From: Octopus bimaculoides
Lineage: Eukaryota
DNA length: 64,000 nucleotides
Assembly: GCF_001194135.2 (NCBI RefSeq)
Contig: NC_069000.1
Span: forward strand, 24,070,793-24,134,792
Direction: 5' to 3'
Part shown: positions 38,963 through 51,284 of the stretch, piece by piece
Layout of the letters: each line of letters opens with the position of its first letter
How positions within the stretch are numbered: the stretch's first letter is position 1
Made by a program: the position numbers and the translations under genes
The notes under the pieces: generated by a model
What the model saw: the letters and a program-made list of their open reading frames with translations, nothing else
Databases searched by the model: none
What the model was told of the DNA's origin: nothing

Positions 38963-39175
38963 GGTGGCAGGCTCGCAGAATCATTAGCACACCAGGCAAA
39001 ATGCTTAGAGGCATTTCATCTGTCTTTATGCTCTAAGTTCAAATTCCGCCAGGATCAACCTTGCCTTTCATCCTTTCGGGGGTGATAAAGTAAGTGCCAA
39101 TCAAGCATTGGGGTTGATATAATTGACTTCCCCCAACTCCCACAATTGCTGGCTTTGCGCCAAAATTTGAAACCA
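38963..39175 (+). mobile_element. Family B SINE (right arm of inverted pair)
   Basis: GGTGGCAGGCTCGCAGAATCATTAGCAC..GCCAAAATTTGAAACC. Confidence 0.88.
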
Positions 39176-39204
39176 ATATTAGAGAGTATAGTAAACTGTA
39201 TAGA

Positions 39205-39720
39205 TCATCATCATCGTCGTTTAACGTCCGCTTTCCATGCTAGCATGGGTTGGACGATTTGACTGAGGACTGGTGAAACCAGATGGCTACACCAGGCTGC
39301 AATCTGATTTGGCAGAGTTTCTACAGCTGGATGCCCTTCCTAACGCCAACCACTCCAAGAGTGTAGTGGGTGCTTTTACGTGCCACCCGCACGAAGGCCA
39401 GTCAGGCGGTACTGGCAACGGCCACGCTCAAAATGGTGTATTTTATGTGCCACCCACACAAGAGCCAGTCTAGGGGCACTGGCAATGATCTCACTCGAAT
39501 GTCCTTACACATGCCGTGGGCACAAGTGCCAGAAAAGCGACGCTGGGCACAGGTGCCATCACGATTTTGCTTTCGCTTGCCCCAAAAGCTGAGTTTCATG
39601 TCCAATGAAGGAGACGACGTTGGCACGGCTGCCAGTCGTAGAATTTAACTCGATTTTGATTTCACTTGCTTCAACAGGTCTTCGCAAGTGGAGTTTAGTG
39701 TCCAATTTAACTTGATTTCG
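39205..39720 (-). mobile_element. RTE LINE 3' tail, relatively young copy
   Basis: CATCATCATCGTCGTTTAACGTCCGCTTTCCATGCTAGCATGGG; CpG-rich; similar to 1-240. Confidence 0.75.
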
Positions 39721-39930
39721 ATTTTAAGTGCCAGTCGTCGAATCATCAATTTACATATTTAATATTTTCAGGGCAGCAAGATTGAACATTAAATTACTGG
39801 TGTGTTAAAAATGTTTCATTCTGTTGCTATAATGTACTATAGAACATAACTAAAGGCTTTTTAGCCAACATACTGTTTATATTTGTTGTAACATACAATG
39901 TTAGTTAAAAAAAAAAAAATTATATATATA

Positions 39931-40839
39931 NNNNNNNNNNNNNNNNNNNNNNNNNNNNNNNNNNNNNNNNNNNNNNNNNNNNNNNNNNNNNNNNNNNNNN
40001 NNNNNNNNNNNNNNNNNNNNNNNNNNNNNNNNNNNNNNNNNNNNNNNNNNNNNNNNNNNNNNNNNNNNNNNNNNNNNNNNNNNNNNNNNNNNNNNNNNNN
40101 NNNNNNNNNNNNNNNNNNNNNNNNNNNNNNNNNNNNNNNNNNNNNNNNNNNNNNNNNNNNNNNNNNNNNNNNNNNNNNNNNNNNNNNNNNNNNNNNNNNN
40201 NNNNNNNNNNNNNNNNNNNNNNNNNNNNNNNNNNNNNNNNNNNNNNNNNNNNNNNNNNNNNNNNNNNNNNNNNNNNNNNNNNNNNNNNNNNNNNNNNNNN
40301 NNNNNNNNNNNNNNNNNNNNNNNNNNNNNNNNNNNNNNNNNNNNNNNNNNNNNNNNNNNNNNNNNNNNNNNNNNNNNNNNNNNNNNNNNNNNNNNNNNNN
40401 NNNNNNNNNNNNNNNNNNNNNNNNNNNNNNNNNNNNNNNNNNNNNNNNNNNNNNNNNNNNNNNNNNNNNNNNNNNNNNNNNNNNNNNNNNNNNNNNNNNN
40501 NNNNNNNNNNNNNNNNNNNNNNNNNNNNNNNNNNNNNNNNNNNNNNNNNNNNNNNNNNNNNNNNNNNNNNNNNNNNNNNNNNNNNNNNNNNNNNNNNNNN
40601 NNNNNNNNNNNNNNNNNNNNNNNNNNNNNNNNNNNNNNNNNNNNNNNNNNNNNNNNNNNNNNNNNNNNNNNNNNNNNNNNNNNNNNNNNNNNNNNNNNNN
40701 NNNNNNNNNNNNNNNNNNNNNNNNNNNNNNNNNNNNNNNNNNNNNNNNNNNNNNNNNNNNNNNNNNNNNNNNNNNNNNNNNNNNNNNNNNNNNNNNNNNN
40801 NNNNNNNNNNNNNNNNNNNNNNNNNNNNNNNNNNNNNNC
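39931..40839. other. Assembly gap (909 N); other gaps at 14405-14425, 32070-32160 and 61930-61979
   Basis: Direct reading. Confidence 0.99.
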
Positions 40840-41037
40840 CTACTGTCTTAAAGGACACATTGGATTATGTAGTTTTAGATAGGCTATGTCTGAAAAAAGA
40901 GACAGGTTGGTTACATCTGGAACACCTTTGATTATATAGTTGAGTTGGATCAGTGTTTACCAATGGGTAATAAAGCAACAACAACTACTATAGGGTCTTG
41001 AATGGGTTAAAGTTTTCTAAAATGCACTTCAGCTTAC

Positions 41038-41215
41038 CTTTATTGAAGTCTTTATTGGCTTTATTGGTGATATCTGAAGAGATATTTGGTTTTGATGCAG
41101 GAAGTGGTTGGTCATCTCTGAAGGTAGGAACACAACTTGTATTCAGCAGTAAATTTGATTTCTCATAACTGTGCCACTTATAATCTGGATTGGCTTTCAT
41201 AAAAGCATCCTTATA
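41038..41215 (-). CDS. BBX: BBX homologue exon, 178 nt, phase 0/1: HMG-box helix 3 (YKDAFMKANPDYKW...NKDFNK)
   Basis: ttttatctttccAG acceptor, AAG|GTAAGC donor; YKDAFMKANP is identical to the BBX motif YKDAFMKANPGYKW. Confidence 0.95.
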
Positions 41216-42799
41216 CTGGAAAGATAAAATTTATCTAAGTAAGAATCTATGTTCAGATATATATATATATGCGTGTATTAATTATACTTGCAGGATGTAT
41301 TTGTTTTATGGCTTAAAGGAAGAAAGATAGCACCCATGGCCTTTATGTTAGGCCTCCAAGAATGATGAGAGGAAAGGAGTAAGTTATCCTCTGACAAGAG
41401 ACTTGGCTTGAATATTTGTACCCATGAGCAAAATGGTGGTGTTAAATCAAGTTGGGGAGTAAATCTACTAGCCAAGAACAGAAACAGTCCTTCAGTTGGA
41501 CTTCCACACAGCTTCCATTAACTTGTTAACCCAAGAATAAAGCAGATTAAAATCAAAACCACATGCTTGTGAAATGAATTTCCCAATCACACAGTGATAC
41601 CTTCATTCACACAAACTTATTTCATATACAGTCTAAATATTTCAGAAACGTTTACTGAAACAAAAATGGAAATTTGTGTTATGCTTCTTCTATAGCATTA
41701 GTTAACCACCCGAAATAGTTCCAAGATGAAATTAAAACTGCTTAACAGACTCAGTTTACTGAAAACTTACAATTGCATTGTAATGTACTCCATATGTCTA
41801 GCATATATTCTATATGTTGTGTGTGTATCATCTTCATTTTTATTTTACTGACCACTTTTCCATGCCCACATAGGTTGAATGGAATTTCTTGAGGTGCATC
41901 TTTTGTGGTTGGATGCTCTTCCTGTTACCAACCTATTTCCAAGCAGGGTAATATTTTTCCATAACCAGATACATTTTCACAGAATACTAGAAATGAAGGA
42001 CATCGCTTACACGATGGTGACACGCCTTTACAATTATCATGAAATGTCAAAGCAAAGGGACAGTAACACACACACACATGTATATAAATGACAGGCTTCT
42101 TTCAGTTTCTGTCTACCATATCCACTTGCCCAAGGTGCTATATGGTGGAACTGAACCTGGAACCATGTAATTGGGAAATAAACTTCTTACCACACAGCCA
42201 TGCCTGTCTGTCTGTCTACCAGACTGCATGAGTGTATGTATGTATGTATGTATGTATCTAGATAGATAGATAGAGATACTCACACATACATTCATGAACA
42301 CTGACTTATGTAAAGCTTAATTTGAGGAAGCGATTATGTATATATTCTGTGTTCATTGAGCACATATTTCTCCGTGCTTACATAGCTTGGATAGGAATTG
42401 ATTTTAAAGCTGGATACCCTTCTGGGTGCAAACTTTCACCTGCTTTCGAAGGGTTTTTTATATATATATACCATAGATCTTTGAAAGCTCTGAACAACCA
42501 GTGCTAATATGAACAAGGGGTAGCAACATTAGCATCACATCATTCAAATGTCGATAACTGAAATATCAACATTCCTACACATATATGATGGGCTAACACA
42601 GTTTCTGTCTACATGCCACACAGTGAGATTGAACCCAAAATTCTATGATTGTAAAGAGAACTTCTTAACTGTACAGCCATACACAGATACATCATCTTGC
42701 ATTCCATCACACTGCATGGCACTTGAGGAACAAATGCCTTGCGTGTGGAACTGGTTGACAGAGACTGTATGGAAATCTGACATACTATATAGCATTCTT

Positions 42800-43027
42800 T
42801 TTAAACCCCTAGCATTTACATTACTTTCTTAAATGTAAAGATTATTTATTCACACTATTTTGAATTAATCATGTATCATCTTGTAGTTTAGAGATTTCAA
42901 TGATGCTGTTATGCATTTTTAGAATGACATTGTAAGGCAGATGTAAGAAGTTGGATTTGGCCAGTTTGAACATAAAACATAGAATATTTTGGGCAGGATG
43001 TGACCGATTTAAATGCTATAGGGTTAA
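42800..43027 (-). mobile_element. piggyBac-like MITE copy
   Basis: AACCCTAGCATTTA ... AAATGCTATAGGG|TTAA. Confidence 0.7.
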
Positions 43028-43769
43028 AACAACAAGAATGTTGATCCTTTTGAAACCAAAGAAAAGTTATAGCACTTGAATCCTTTCAAATATATGCTTT
43101 GATGATAATGGGAGCTGAATTCTGAGTCAGAATAATAAGAGACGACATATGTGCTTCTTGGCTGGCAGATTACATCACCACCAGACTTTAAAATCTTGGG
43201 TTTTACAGATAAAACAAATGGAGATAACTGGAGAGAAACTGTAGTCTTTATTTTTTAATGGCTTAGTCAGAAGAGGACAGAAGTTATCCTCAGAATGGAG
43301 ACCTGGCCAGAATACTTGCAACAGAGTAGATTCTGCTCAAAGTATCTAAAAACTAGGTGGTGGTGTTAAAGTGGGCGATGGATTAAGTATAACATCCAAG
43401 AGCAAAAGTAGTCCTTGAGACAAGCTCCCACAGTTTGTTTATCAAAGGCTTTAATGAATCTGAGGATATGGTAGAAGATACTGCCACATTGCCAAACCTG
43501 AATACACGCAATATATGTCTATATATAAAAGACAATGAGAATGATAATAAAATCTAAACAAACATATCAAACCCTACTGCACATTGTTAAAATGAATCAA
43601 CAAATGAAGAATTATGTGATCAATCTATCTGATAGAAATCTCACACTAATATCTTAAAAAAGGGAAAGATATAATGGATTATGTACTCTAAGATACACAA
43701 AGCCTAAGGTAAAAAAAAAACAAAACAAAAAAAAAACTAGATTATAAGGGCTGAAATGCCTTTGATCAT

Positions 43770-45700
43770 TATTATCTATTGACTACAATTTGTATTTGTG
43801 TTAGGCACAATGATGAACATGCCACATATCCAGTCACCATTGTCTTAAGTTCATCCATCGGGATTTTTTTCATGATTTTTGAAAGAGACTCATATTTCAG
43901 ACTGCTATGAGTTGATACCCACAGATGGTAGACGATTGTCTTCCTGCTAGTCTGTTGGTCAGCTGAGAGTAGGTCATCATAAAGTTGTTCATTGGTCACT
44001 TACCTGACCTTGGACTTAGTGAGGCTCCAAATTTCATACTCATAAAGGAAGATTAATCAATTGCTGCCAAGAAGGTTCTTGAAAAGCTGGAGGTGGTGGT
44101 GGTGCAGATATTCTTTATTACATTGAGTACTTTCCAGACAAAGCCTTTATGCATCTTGATGTCCCTCTCTGGGCCCAGCATGAATGATCCTAGATATTTG
44201 TTTTCAGGAACTTGTTTGAGCAGAGCACTTTAAGTAGCTCACAAATTTAAGTAGCTCACAATCAACTATGTTGCACATCAGGTATTCCATTTTGCAGAAA
44301 TCCAAGTGTAACAAAACTTTGGTTTCCATTTTTGACACATGATCACCTGTCTCACAGTGTTGATATATGTGGCCCTTAAGGGCTCAAAGGATATAAGATG
44401 CAATTTTATATGCCTTCAAGATCTTGATCAATTTCTCCCAATGAATTGAATCAAATGCTTTCTTGAAGTCAACAAACATCAACACCAGGTAGATTGTTGT
44501 TCTTTACTTCTATTATTCTACAAAGAACCAGGACCTGTATGATTATTGTCCACTTTTCAAGGAAATTATTTTTGTAGTATCTCAACTTGGGCTCAAAGGT
44601 TGCACTAAATCTGGCTGAGGAATATTTGATAATGGAATTTTGATGAGACACATATGTGATCCAGATGTGGGAACATGAACTATGTTGGAAAAGAGCCAAT
44701 GTCAACATTCACTGGTGCTGTGTTGCAGATGTTTAGCAGGATGTCATTCATATATCAATTCTTGAGCATGGGATCCTATCAAATATAGCAGTTTTTCCTT
44801 GGATAGAGAGTTCCTGACCCTTTTCAGCTCAGCCTTCGTTAATATGCCATCATTAATGTGAATACCATTAAAGACAGTGGTCATATATCTCTCCTCATTG
44901 CTCATTATTAGACGTTCTTGAAGTACATGAATCATGTCTCCATCTGATCTTCCTACAGATTCGTCTTGCTCTGAACTTTCCTCTTTCGTAAGATATGCTT
45001 CACCAGGTTTCTTGTCTTTGTTAGCTGTTTTTACTTTGCTGATTTTCTGGGCCAGTTTCTCATTCTTTAATTGATCATACACTTCAGTTAAGTCTTGGCC
45101 CACTTGTCCCAAAGCTTGCCTGACTTGCTCATGCTGAACTCTCCAAAAGTAATCACTGACACTACTTTGTACCAACACAATGTCAGGGTGCTGTGAGAAG
45201 AAGACACTTTATCACTTCCACGTTTGCCTTGTGAATCACCAATAGTAATCAGTAATACTCTCTTCCCTTTCAACAAATGAAAATGATTCTGAACTTATTA
45301 GCTGTAGATCTCAGTCTGATTTGTGTCAAACAATTCTCTGATCAGATGAGACTATAGCACTGCTTTTCATTCACAAGAATGTAGTCCACTTGTATCTTGG
45401 TCAGTATGACATGATTTTCATGAAGTCATTGAATATGGCTAACAAGTTATGAGCCAGTATAGCTCTGACAGCAGCATGAAATTTCTTGTACAAGTTCTCT
45501 GCCTCCTCCTCATTGAGGAGCAAGTAGAACACTATGGTGGTTCTGGTAGGGTTTCTATTACTTCATCTAGAAGGAGGCATTTACTGAGTTGTCACTCCAC
45601 AACACTCAGATAGTCAACATCAATTCAACTTCACCATGTGCAGAGTTCTTTGTCTGCTCCCACCAGGCTGAGGACATAAGGCAGATAGTTTCATTACTGA
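43770..45700 (-). mobile_element. Decayed RTE-type LINE ORF2 (linker, RT, C-terminus)
   Basis: LTKAELKRVRNSL, VDFKK.AFDSIHWEKLIKILKAY, HLWVSTH; many stops. Confidence 0.75.
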
Positions 45701-45771
45701 AAGCCTGAATTTTTTTTATTGGGGTAGGCATGATAATGTTTCTATAATTACAGGGTTGAATTCTGCTGCTA

Positions 45772-46209
45772 CTGTATTTTCTGGTGTATAAGCCTCTATT
45801 TTTTACCTGGGAAATTTAGTGTGCAGCTTATAGAAAGGTGCACCTAATGTGTGTATTTTTCTAGGACTGGCCATCTAGCTTTCTTGCCATGATTTGTTCT
45901 TTTGGTCTTTTTGGTCAGTTGTAGTGAATCTTCTTTACACCATAAATGGACCATGGATTCATTTATGCTGTACTGTCTTGCTGTGGCTCTGTTATTTTCT
46001 TTTGTGTAGTTGATACATTCTAACTTGAAGGCAGCTGTGTGACTCTTTCTCGGAAACATTTTGAAACTACATACATGTCAACAATAAAAAAGCTAGCTGC
46101 GGATCCATAGCTCTATAGGTCCTTTAAACACTGGTGTGTGTATATATGTGGATAAAACCAAAATTTTCCCCAAAATTCGGCCCTGGGGCTCAAATACCGA
46201 AAAATACAG
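45772..46209 (-). mobile_element. pogo-family non-autonomous element (438 bp) retaining a Brinker-type DNA-binding ORF
   Basis: TA|CTGTATTTT(C/T).GG TIRs with TA on both sides; ORF 45844-46059 RKSHTAAFKLECINY..NRATARQYSINESMVHLW..KARWPVLE. Confidence 0.85.
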
Positions 46210-47094
46210 TACTTTGTGGATCAGAATCAGAAACAAATCATGTCTGCTTCAAAAGTTGACAGCACCAGCATCTTCTCATAACACAGTAAGAGTGTATATA
46301 CTCAATCAGAGCCAACATATTAAGACAAGTGGTAAAGCCTGACATATGGTCCACTTTTTAGTTATTGCTGGGTTTGAAATGCAAGTAATAACAGAAGGAA
46401 TTCTGGTTGCAGCTAATGCTGCAACCAGAATTCCTCGTTATGGTCACTAATTTAGCATTTATCAATAATTTTGAAAATACAGATATTTGTAGGAATTATA
46501 ATCACACATATCCTCAGTTGGATGTTGTTCATAAAATTAGCAGTTATAAGTTTTCAGTTTTATTGAGGCAACAGTGAGAGGCATACTTAAAAAAACACTA
46601 CCAGCCACAAGGTTTCAATATATCATCTTTCAGTCAGTCAAGAATTTGGTAAATATCCTGAGAAATTCTGCAGTTTAAATTAAAAAAAAAAAAAGGTAAA
46701 TTATGAAATTTTGTAACTATAGAAGAAAAGTAAGTCAAGGAATCATCGCCATTCACTTTTAGGCCATTTTAACTATATAGGAGTCTCAAATTGTCTCCTA
46801 TTGTTTCATTTTTAAAACAATAGAGAAAATCGTCGTTGTTTTCTTTTGACATAGCTTTTACGTTTGGATGCTCTTCTGATTATCAACCATTTTATTGTAC
46901 AAGAAGAAAAAGGCTGTCTGTGACAGAACTAAGAAGACCTTTCTAACCCAATGGTTACCTGAACTTTGACTCACAAAACACATCTACCCTCTTCACCCCA
47001 CCTTTTTTTTTAAGGGAATGAAATAGCTGTTGTTTTAACAGAAGTAACACACACTAATATAAAAATAATGTATTATTTCCCTATAGATAGATCT

Positions 47095-47232
47095 TTTAAA
47101 TGAAGGGCATCCAGCTGTAAAAACCAGACCAAAGCAGACACTGGAGCTTGACACAGTCTTCTGGATACGAGATCCTGTCAAACCAGCCAACCTATGCTAA
47201 CATGGAAAACAGACATTAAATGACGATGATAC
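47095..47232 (+). mobile_element. RTE-type 3' tail fragment
   Basis: GAAGGGCATCCAGCTGTA..CTATGCTAACATGGAAAACAGACATTAAATGACGATGAT. Confidence 0.65.
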
Positions 47233-47549
47233 TGTAAAAAAAAAAAAGAATAAAATTAGCTAAAGTTTGCTCCCAAAGAGACAGATTTCAGCTTGAATAG
47301 CCTGCAAATTGAAGACTCACACCGTTCTTGTTGTGAGGCTCTAGATCAACCTTGATCAAGTAAACCATTGATGTGTAGGTAGACAGCTAAAAGACAATGT
47401 GTGTTGGAATCTTTATTGTTTCACCATCATTCCACTCATTGCTACCCAGTTTTCATTTCTAGCACTTCATATCCAGGTCTGAATTATCCACTACATCCAA
47501 CCAACCAGTAAAATTTGATTTGAGGGAGATTTATTTGCATTTTTAGCAA

Positions 47550-48110
47550 ATTGAGTGACAATGTAAAAGCATTATTATCAGTTTAAGATCCTTGTAGTAT
47601 ATCTTGGAGTATGACTGTTTGGCAGAGTAAATCTTTCTCTAAACAACACAGACACTAATATTTGAATTTGTCAACCCAATCTGTTGCCCAGTCTAACACT
47701 ACCATTTGACACCTTGGGCATCTTCAGCAGAGTCCACTCAGTTGCAAGCATTTACAGCAGAGGTGTAATCTGAAGATAGATGCATTGTTGTCTCTTAAGT
47801 AGCAACATGAGTTTTTGTTTCTTCACTCCTCTCCACACAAATTTCTAAGTCCTACAAAACTTATGGTTGCAAACCGTTTTTCTCTGACTAAACACTGGTA
47901 AAGGTAGAGACAAGAGGGTAGAAGTAGTAAGGGGTTGATCTCAGGATACTGAGCTTTACAAAGTAAATAAAGAACTGCTAGAAAATTATCCATCCAACCT
48001 GTATCAGCATGGATAAGTAGGCATAAAAAAGTTGAAGCAAACAAAAGTTGAATAGAGTATGACTATATTGCAATGAGATTTTCAAGAATGCACTGCTTCC
48101 ATATCATGGG
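47550..48110 (-). mobile_element. Highly decayed CR1/L2 RT remnant
   Basis: LDWATDWVDKFK..C resembles DL..L..WA..W.M.FN..KC. Confidence 0.35.
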
Positions 48111-48164
48111 TGATACCTGTTCCTATTTCACCAATTTTAGAGATTAAATAAATAAATAAATAAT

Positions 48165-48915
48165 GGTTTCAAATTTTGACACAAAGCCAGCATGTTTGGA
48201 GGAGGGGGTAAGTTGATTATATTAACCCCAGTACTCAACTGGTACTCATTTTATCAACTCCGAAAGGATGAAAAGTAAAGTCAACCTTGACAGAATTTGA
48301 ACTCAGAACATAAGGATAGACGAAATGTCGCTCAGTATTTTGCCCAGTGAGTTAATGATTCTGCCAGTTCATTGCTTTAAATAAATAATAAACAATAATT
48401 ATGTTTTCTGAGTTAGGCACAAGGTCAGCAATTTTGAGTGGGGAGGGGATTAGTTGATTACATCAACCTAAGTATTTGACTGGTACCCCAAAGGGATGAA
48501 AAACAAAGTTGATCCTAATGGGATTTGAACTCAGAATACAAAGAACTGGAAAATAATAATTCTTACTAATTTTGGCACAAGGACACCAATTTTGAGGTAG
48601 GGGTCAAGTCGGTTACATTGATTCCAGTGTTTAACTGGTACTCATTTTACAGACCCCACAAGGATGAAAGGTAAAGTCAACCTTGGTTGCATTTGAATTC
48701 AGAATGCAAAGCCAGAAAACATGCCACTAAGCATTTTGTCTGGCATGCTAACAATTCAGCCTGCTTACCATAATAACGATGATTTTAATATTCTGGTACA
48801 AGCCCAACAATTTCAGGGGAGGGGAAAACTGATTTCATTGACTCAACTGGTACTTATTTCACCGACCACGAAAAGATGAAAGGCAAAAGTTATCTCAACG
48901 GCATTTGAACTCAAC
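48165..48915 (-). mobile_element. Four consecutive family B SINE copies
   Basis: Copies begin near 48165, 48410, 48570 and 48785, same orientation. Confidence 0.8.
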
Positions 48916-48947
48916 TAATAATAATAATAATAATGATGATAATAATA

Positions 48948-50210
48948 GGGAATACTGGAAGCAGACAAAACAAAAAAATGAAGAAATTAAACAAACTACG
49001 AGTAGTGAGTACAGTCAAAGCTGAATTCCAAAAATCTTACTGAAGCAATAAATTCAAGAGTAGTACCCTTGATCAGATATGGAGTTGGAATTATAGACTG
49101 GACCAAAAATGATATAAAGAAACTTGACAGAAAAATCTAGGAAGTTATTGATGATGTATGGAGCCCACCATCTGAAAGCAGATATCAACCAGCTGTACTT
49201 GAGGAGATACCAGGGTGGAAGAGGCTTAATAGCAGAAGAATGTGTACAGATGGAAAAAAAAGTCTAGTAGAGTATTTACAGAGCAGCACAAAAAAAAACC
49301 CACTAAAGGCAGTCAATGAAAAAGAGACTATGAAGCACATAATAGGAGAAAAGGACAAGAATGAAATACAAAGAGAGCATGTCAAAAAGATCAAAGAGAA
49401 ACCTCTGCATGGCCATTTTAAGGAGAGCCACTGAAGATGTATGTGGAACAAAATCCTGGGCTTGGTTAGAAAAGGGGCAATTAAAAAAAAAAGAAATAGC
49501 AAGCCTAATTGTAGCAACCCAGCATCAACCAATGAAAACAAACAATATATATGGAGAGAACGTATCAGAAAAATGTAGAATCTGTAGAACTTGGAATGAG
49601 ATGGTGGCACAGGAAGAATATAAGAACTAGAGATATGACCAGGTTGTAAAAGTTATACACAAGAAACTGTGCCAGAAATGGGGATTTGAAGCTGGAAACA
49701 TGTGATACAATCATTGAGTCGAAAGAGTATTGGAGTTGGAGATATGTAAGATTTTGTGGGACTTTCCTATTCAAACGGACAAAAATTAAAAAAATAATAG
49801 ACCAGACATAACAATTGTAGATAGTGAATAACAAAGTTGCTTACTTATCGACCCATCTTGCCCATTTGATTCCAGTATTGTAAAGAGGAAGAAAAACAAA
49901 AAAACACAATCCCTTAAAGTTTGAAACAGGAAGAATTTGGAGTATGCGAACAGAAATGGTCATGTCTATAATAATTGGTGTGTTGGAAACAGTAAGCCAA
50001 GATATAGACAAATGGCTGAAGGAGACTGAAACAGAATACCCGATATAGCTCTCTAGAAAGTTTGTCTTTTAGGGACAGCAAGAATTATCAGGAGGGTTCT
50101 AAGCACTTGAAAGACTGCTGGAAACTTGAGGATACGTATGGTTAAAAGTAGTAAACCTGCTATCCACATCATTCCTACCAGGAATAAGACTGAACCTGAG
50201 CCAAACCAAA
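48948..50210 (+). mobile_element. R4/Dong-clade RLE LINE, 5'-truncated, within (TAA)n
   Basis: RYGVGIIDWTKNDIKKLDRK, YGAHHLKADINQLYL..GGRGL, LHGHF, CRIC knuckle, KILWDFPIQTD, NRPDITIVD, LIDPSCPFD, KVCLLGTARIIRRVL; (TAA)n at 48915-48947 and 50210-50223. Confidence 0.88.
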
Positions 50211-50355
50211 ATAATAATAATAAAGCTTGAGTTGGCATCAATAGGATTTGAACTCACAAGCTCAGAAGTACTAAATCAGATACCATATAACAGCTAAGAC
50301 ATCTCTTTGTTTTCTGTGCTATTACTGCTAGTCTGACATAATCAAAGTCATGACA

Positions 50356-50500
50356 ATGTAGTTAAGAAGGCTAACATTGTAACTATGTGGTTTCAGGTTC
50401 AATTCCAGTGTTGTACCTTGGGCAAGTGTCTTCTATTGTGGCCTTGGATCAAATAGTCTTGTAAGTGAAATTTGCTAACATGGAAACTGTGGAAGCCTCT
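50356..50500 (+). mobile_element. Family A SINE 5' part
   Basis: GGTTCAATTCC..CCTTGGGCAAGTGTCTTCT. Confidence 0.6.
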
Positions 50501-50538
50501 CAGAGAAGACATTTCTCTTCTTTAAATGCCATATTTAA

Positions 50539-50758
50539 CCCTTCAGCATTTAAACCAGCCACATCCAGCCAAGATGTTCTACCTGTTTTATGCTCAAACC
50601 AGCCAGGTCCAGCCTCTCACACCTACCCTGCAATGTTTGTCTCAAAAAATATAGTCAAACCATCAAAATCTCAAAGCTACAAGATAATATATGATTAATT
50701 AGAAACAATGTGAATAAATAAGAATTAAATTTGATAGAATAATCTGAGTGCTAAAGAA
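50539..50758 (+). mobile_element. piggyBac-like MITE copy
   Basis: TTAA|CCCTTCAGCATTT ... GAGTGCTAAAGAA|TTAA. Confidence 0.75.
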
Positions 50759-50960
50759 TTAAACTGTCAATGAGTTCAACACCATCATGTAGCCCTTAGG
50801 TGCTACAATTGCACATACTAATGCAAACATTTGAGTAAATCCTCTCATCTGAGGATAACTCCCTCCTTTCTTTCCACCTGTCTTAGAGGTACTCAAAAAG
50901 GTGAAAGTTACTAACTTTTCTTTTCTAAGTCATGCAAAAGAAAAAGTAACAATGTCTAAC

Positions 50961-51161
50961 CTGTTTAGCAGTTGCTGTATATTGTTGTTTCTCTTCCTTG
51001 CCTAGATTTGCCCACAGGTCACCCAAAATGCGACTTATGCTGCGGTTGTCCAAATTTGGGTGTTTACTTCGAACCATACTCCGATGGCGTTTGCAAAAGA
51101 TGAAAAATGAATTCATTGGGCGCCGTGCCTCCCTACGGTCGGCTAAACCTTCCATAGTTAC
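50961..51161 (-). CDS. BBX: BBX homologue exon, 201 nt: HMG-box helices 1-2 (VTMEGLADRREARRPMNSFFIFCKRHRSMVRSKHPNLDNRSISRILGDLWANLGKEEKQQYTATAKQ); possible start ATG at 51155
   Basis: ttttttgttacAG acceptor, CAG|GTTAGA donor; ARRPMN.F..FCKRHRS.VR..HP.LDNR is BBX-diagnostic. Confidence 0.95.
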
Positions 51162-51221
51162 CTGTAACAAAAAAATGTGTAATGATTAACATACAGTTTA
51201 TTTTAATCACATCAAAGTTTA

Positions 51222-51282
<61 letters not shown>

Positions 51283-51284
<2 letters not shown>

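Noticed and set aside
39898-40858. Long ORFs of 312-317 aa in the ORF track
   Set aside because: They only span N bases; the same applies to ORFs at 31918-32395 and 14355-14637, which cross gaps and microsatellites
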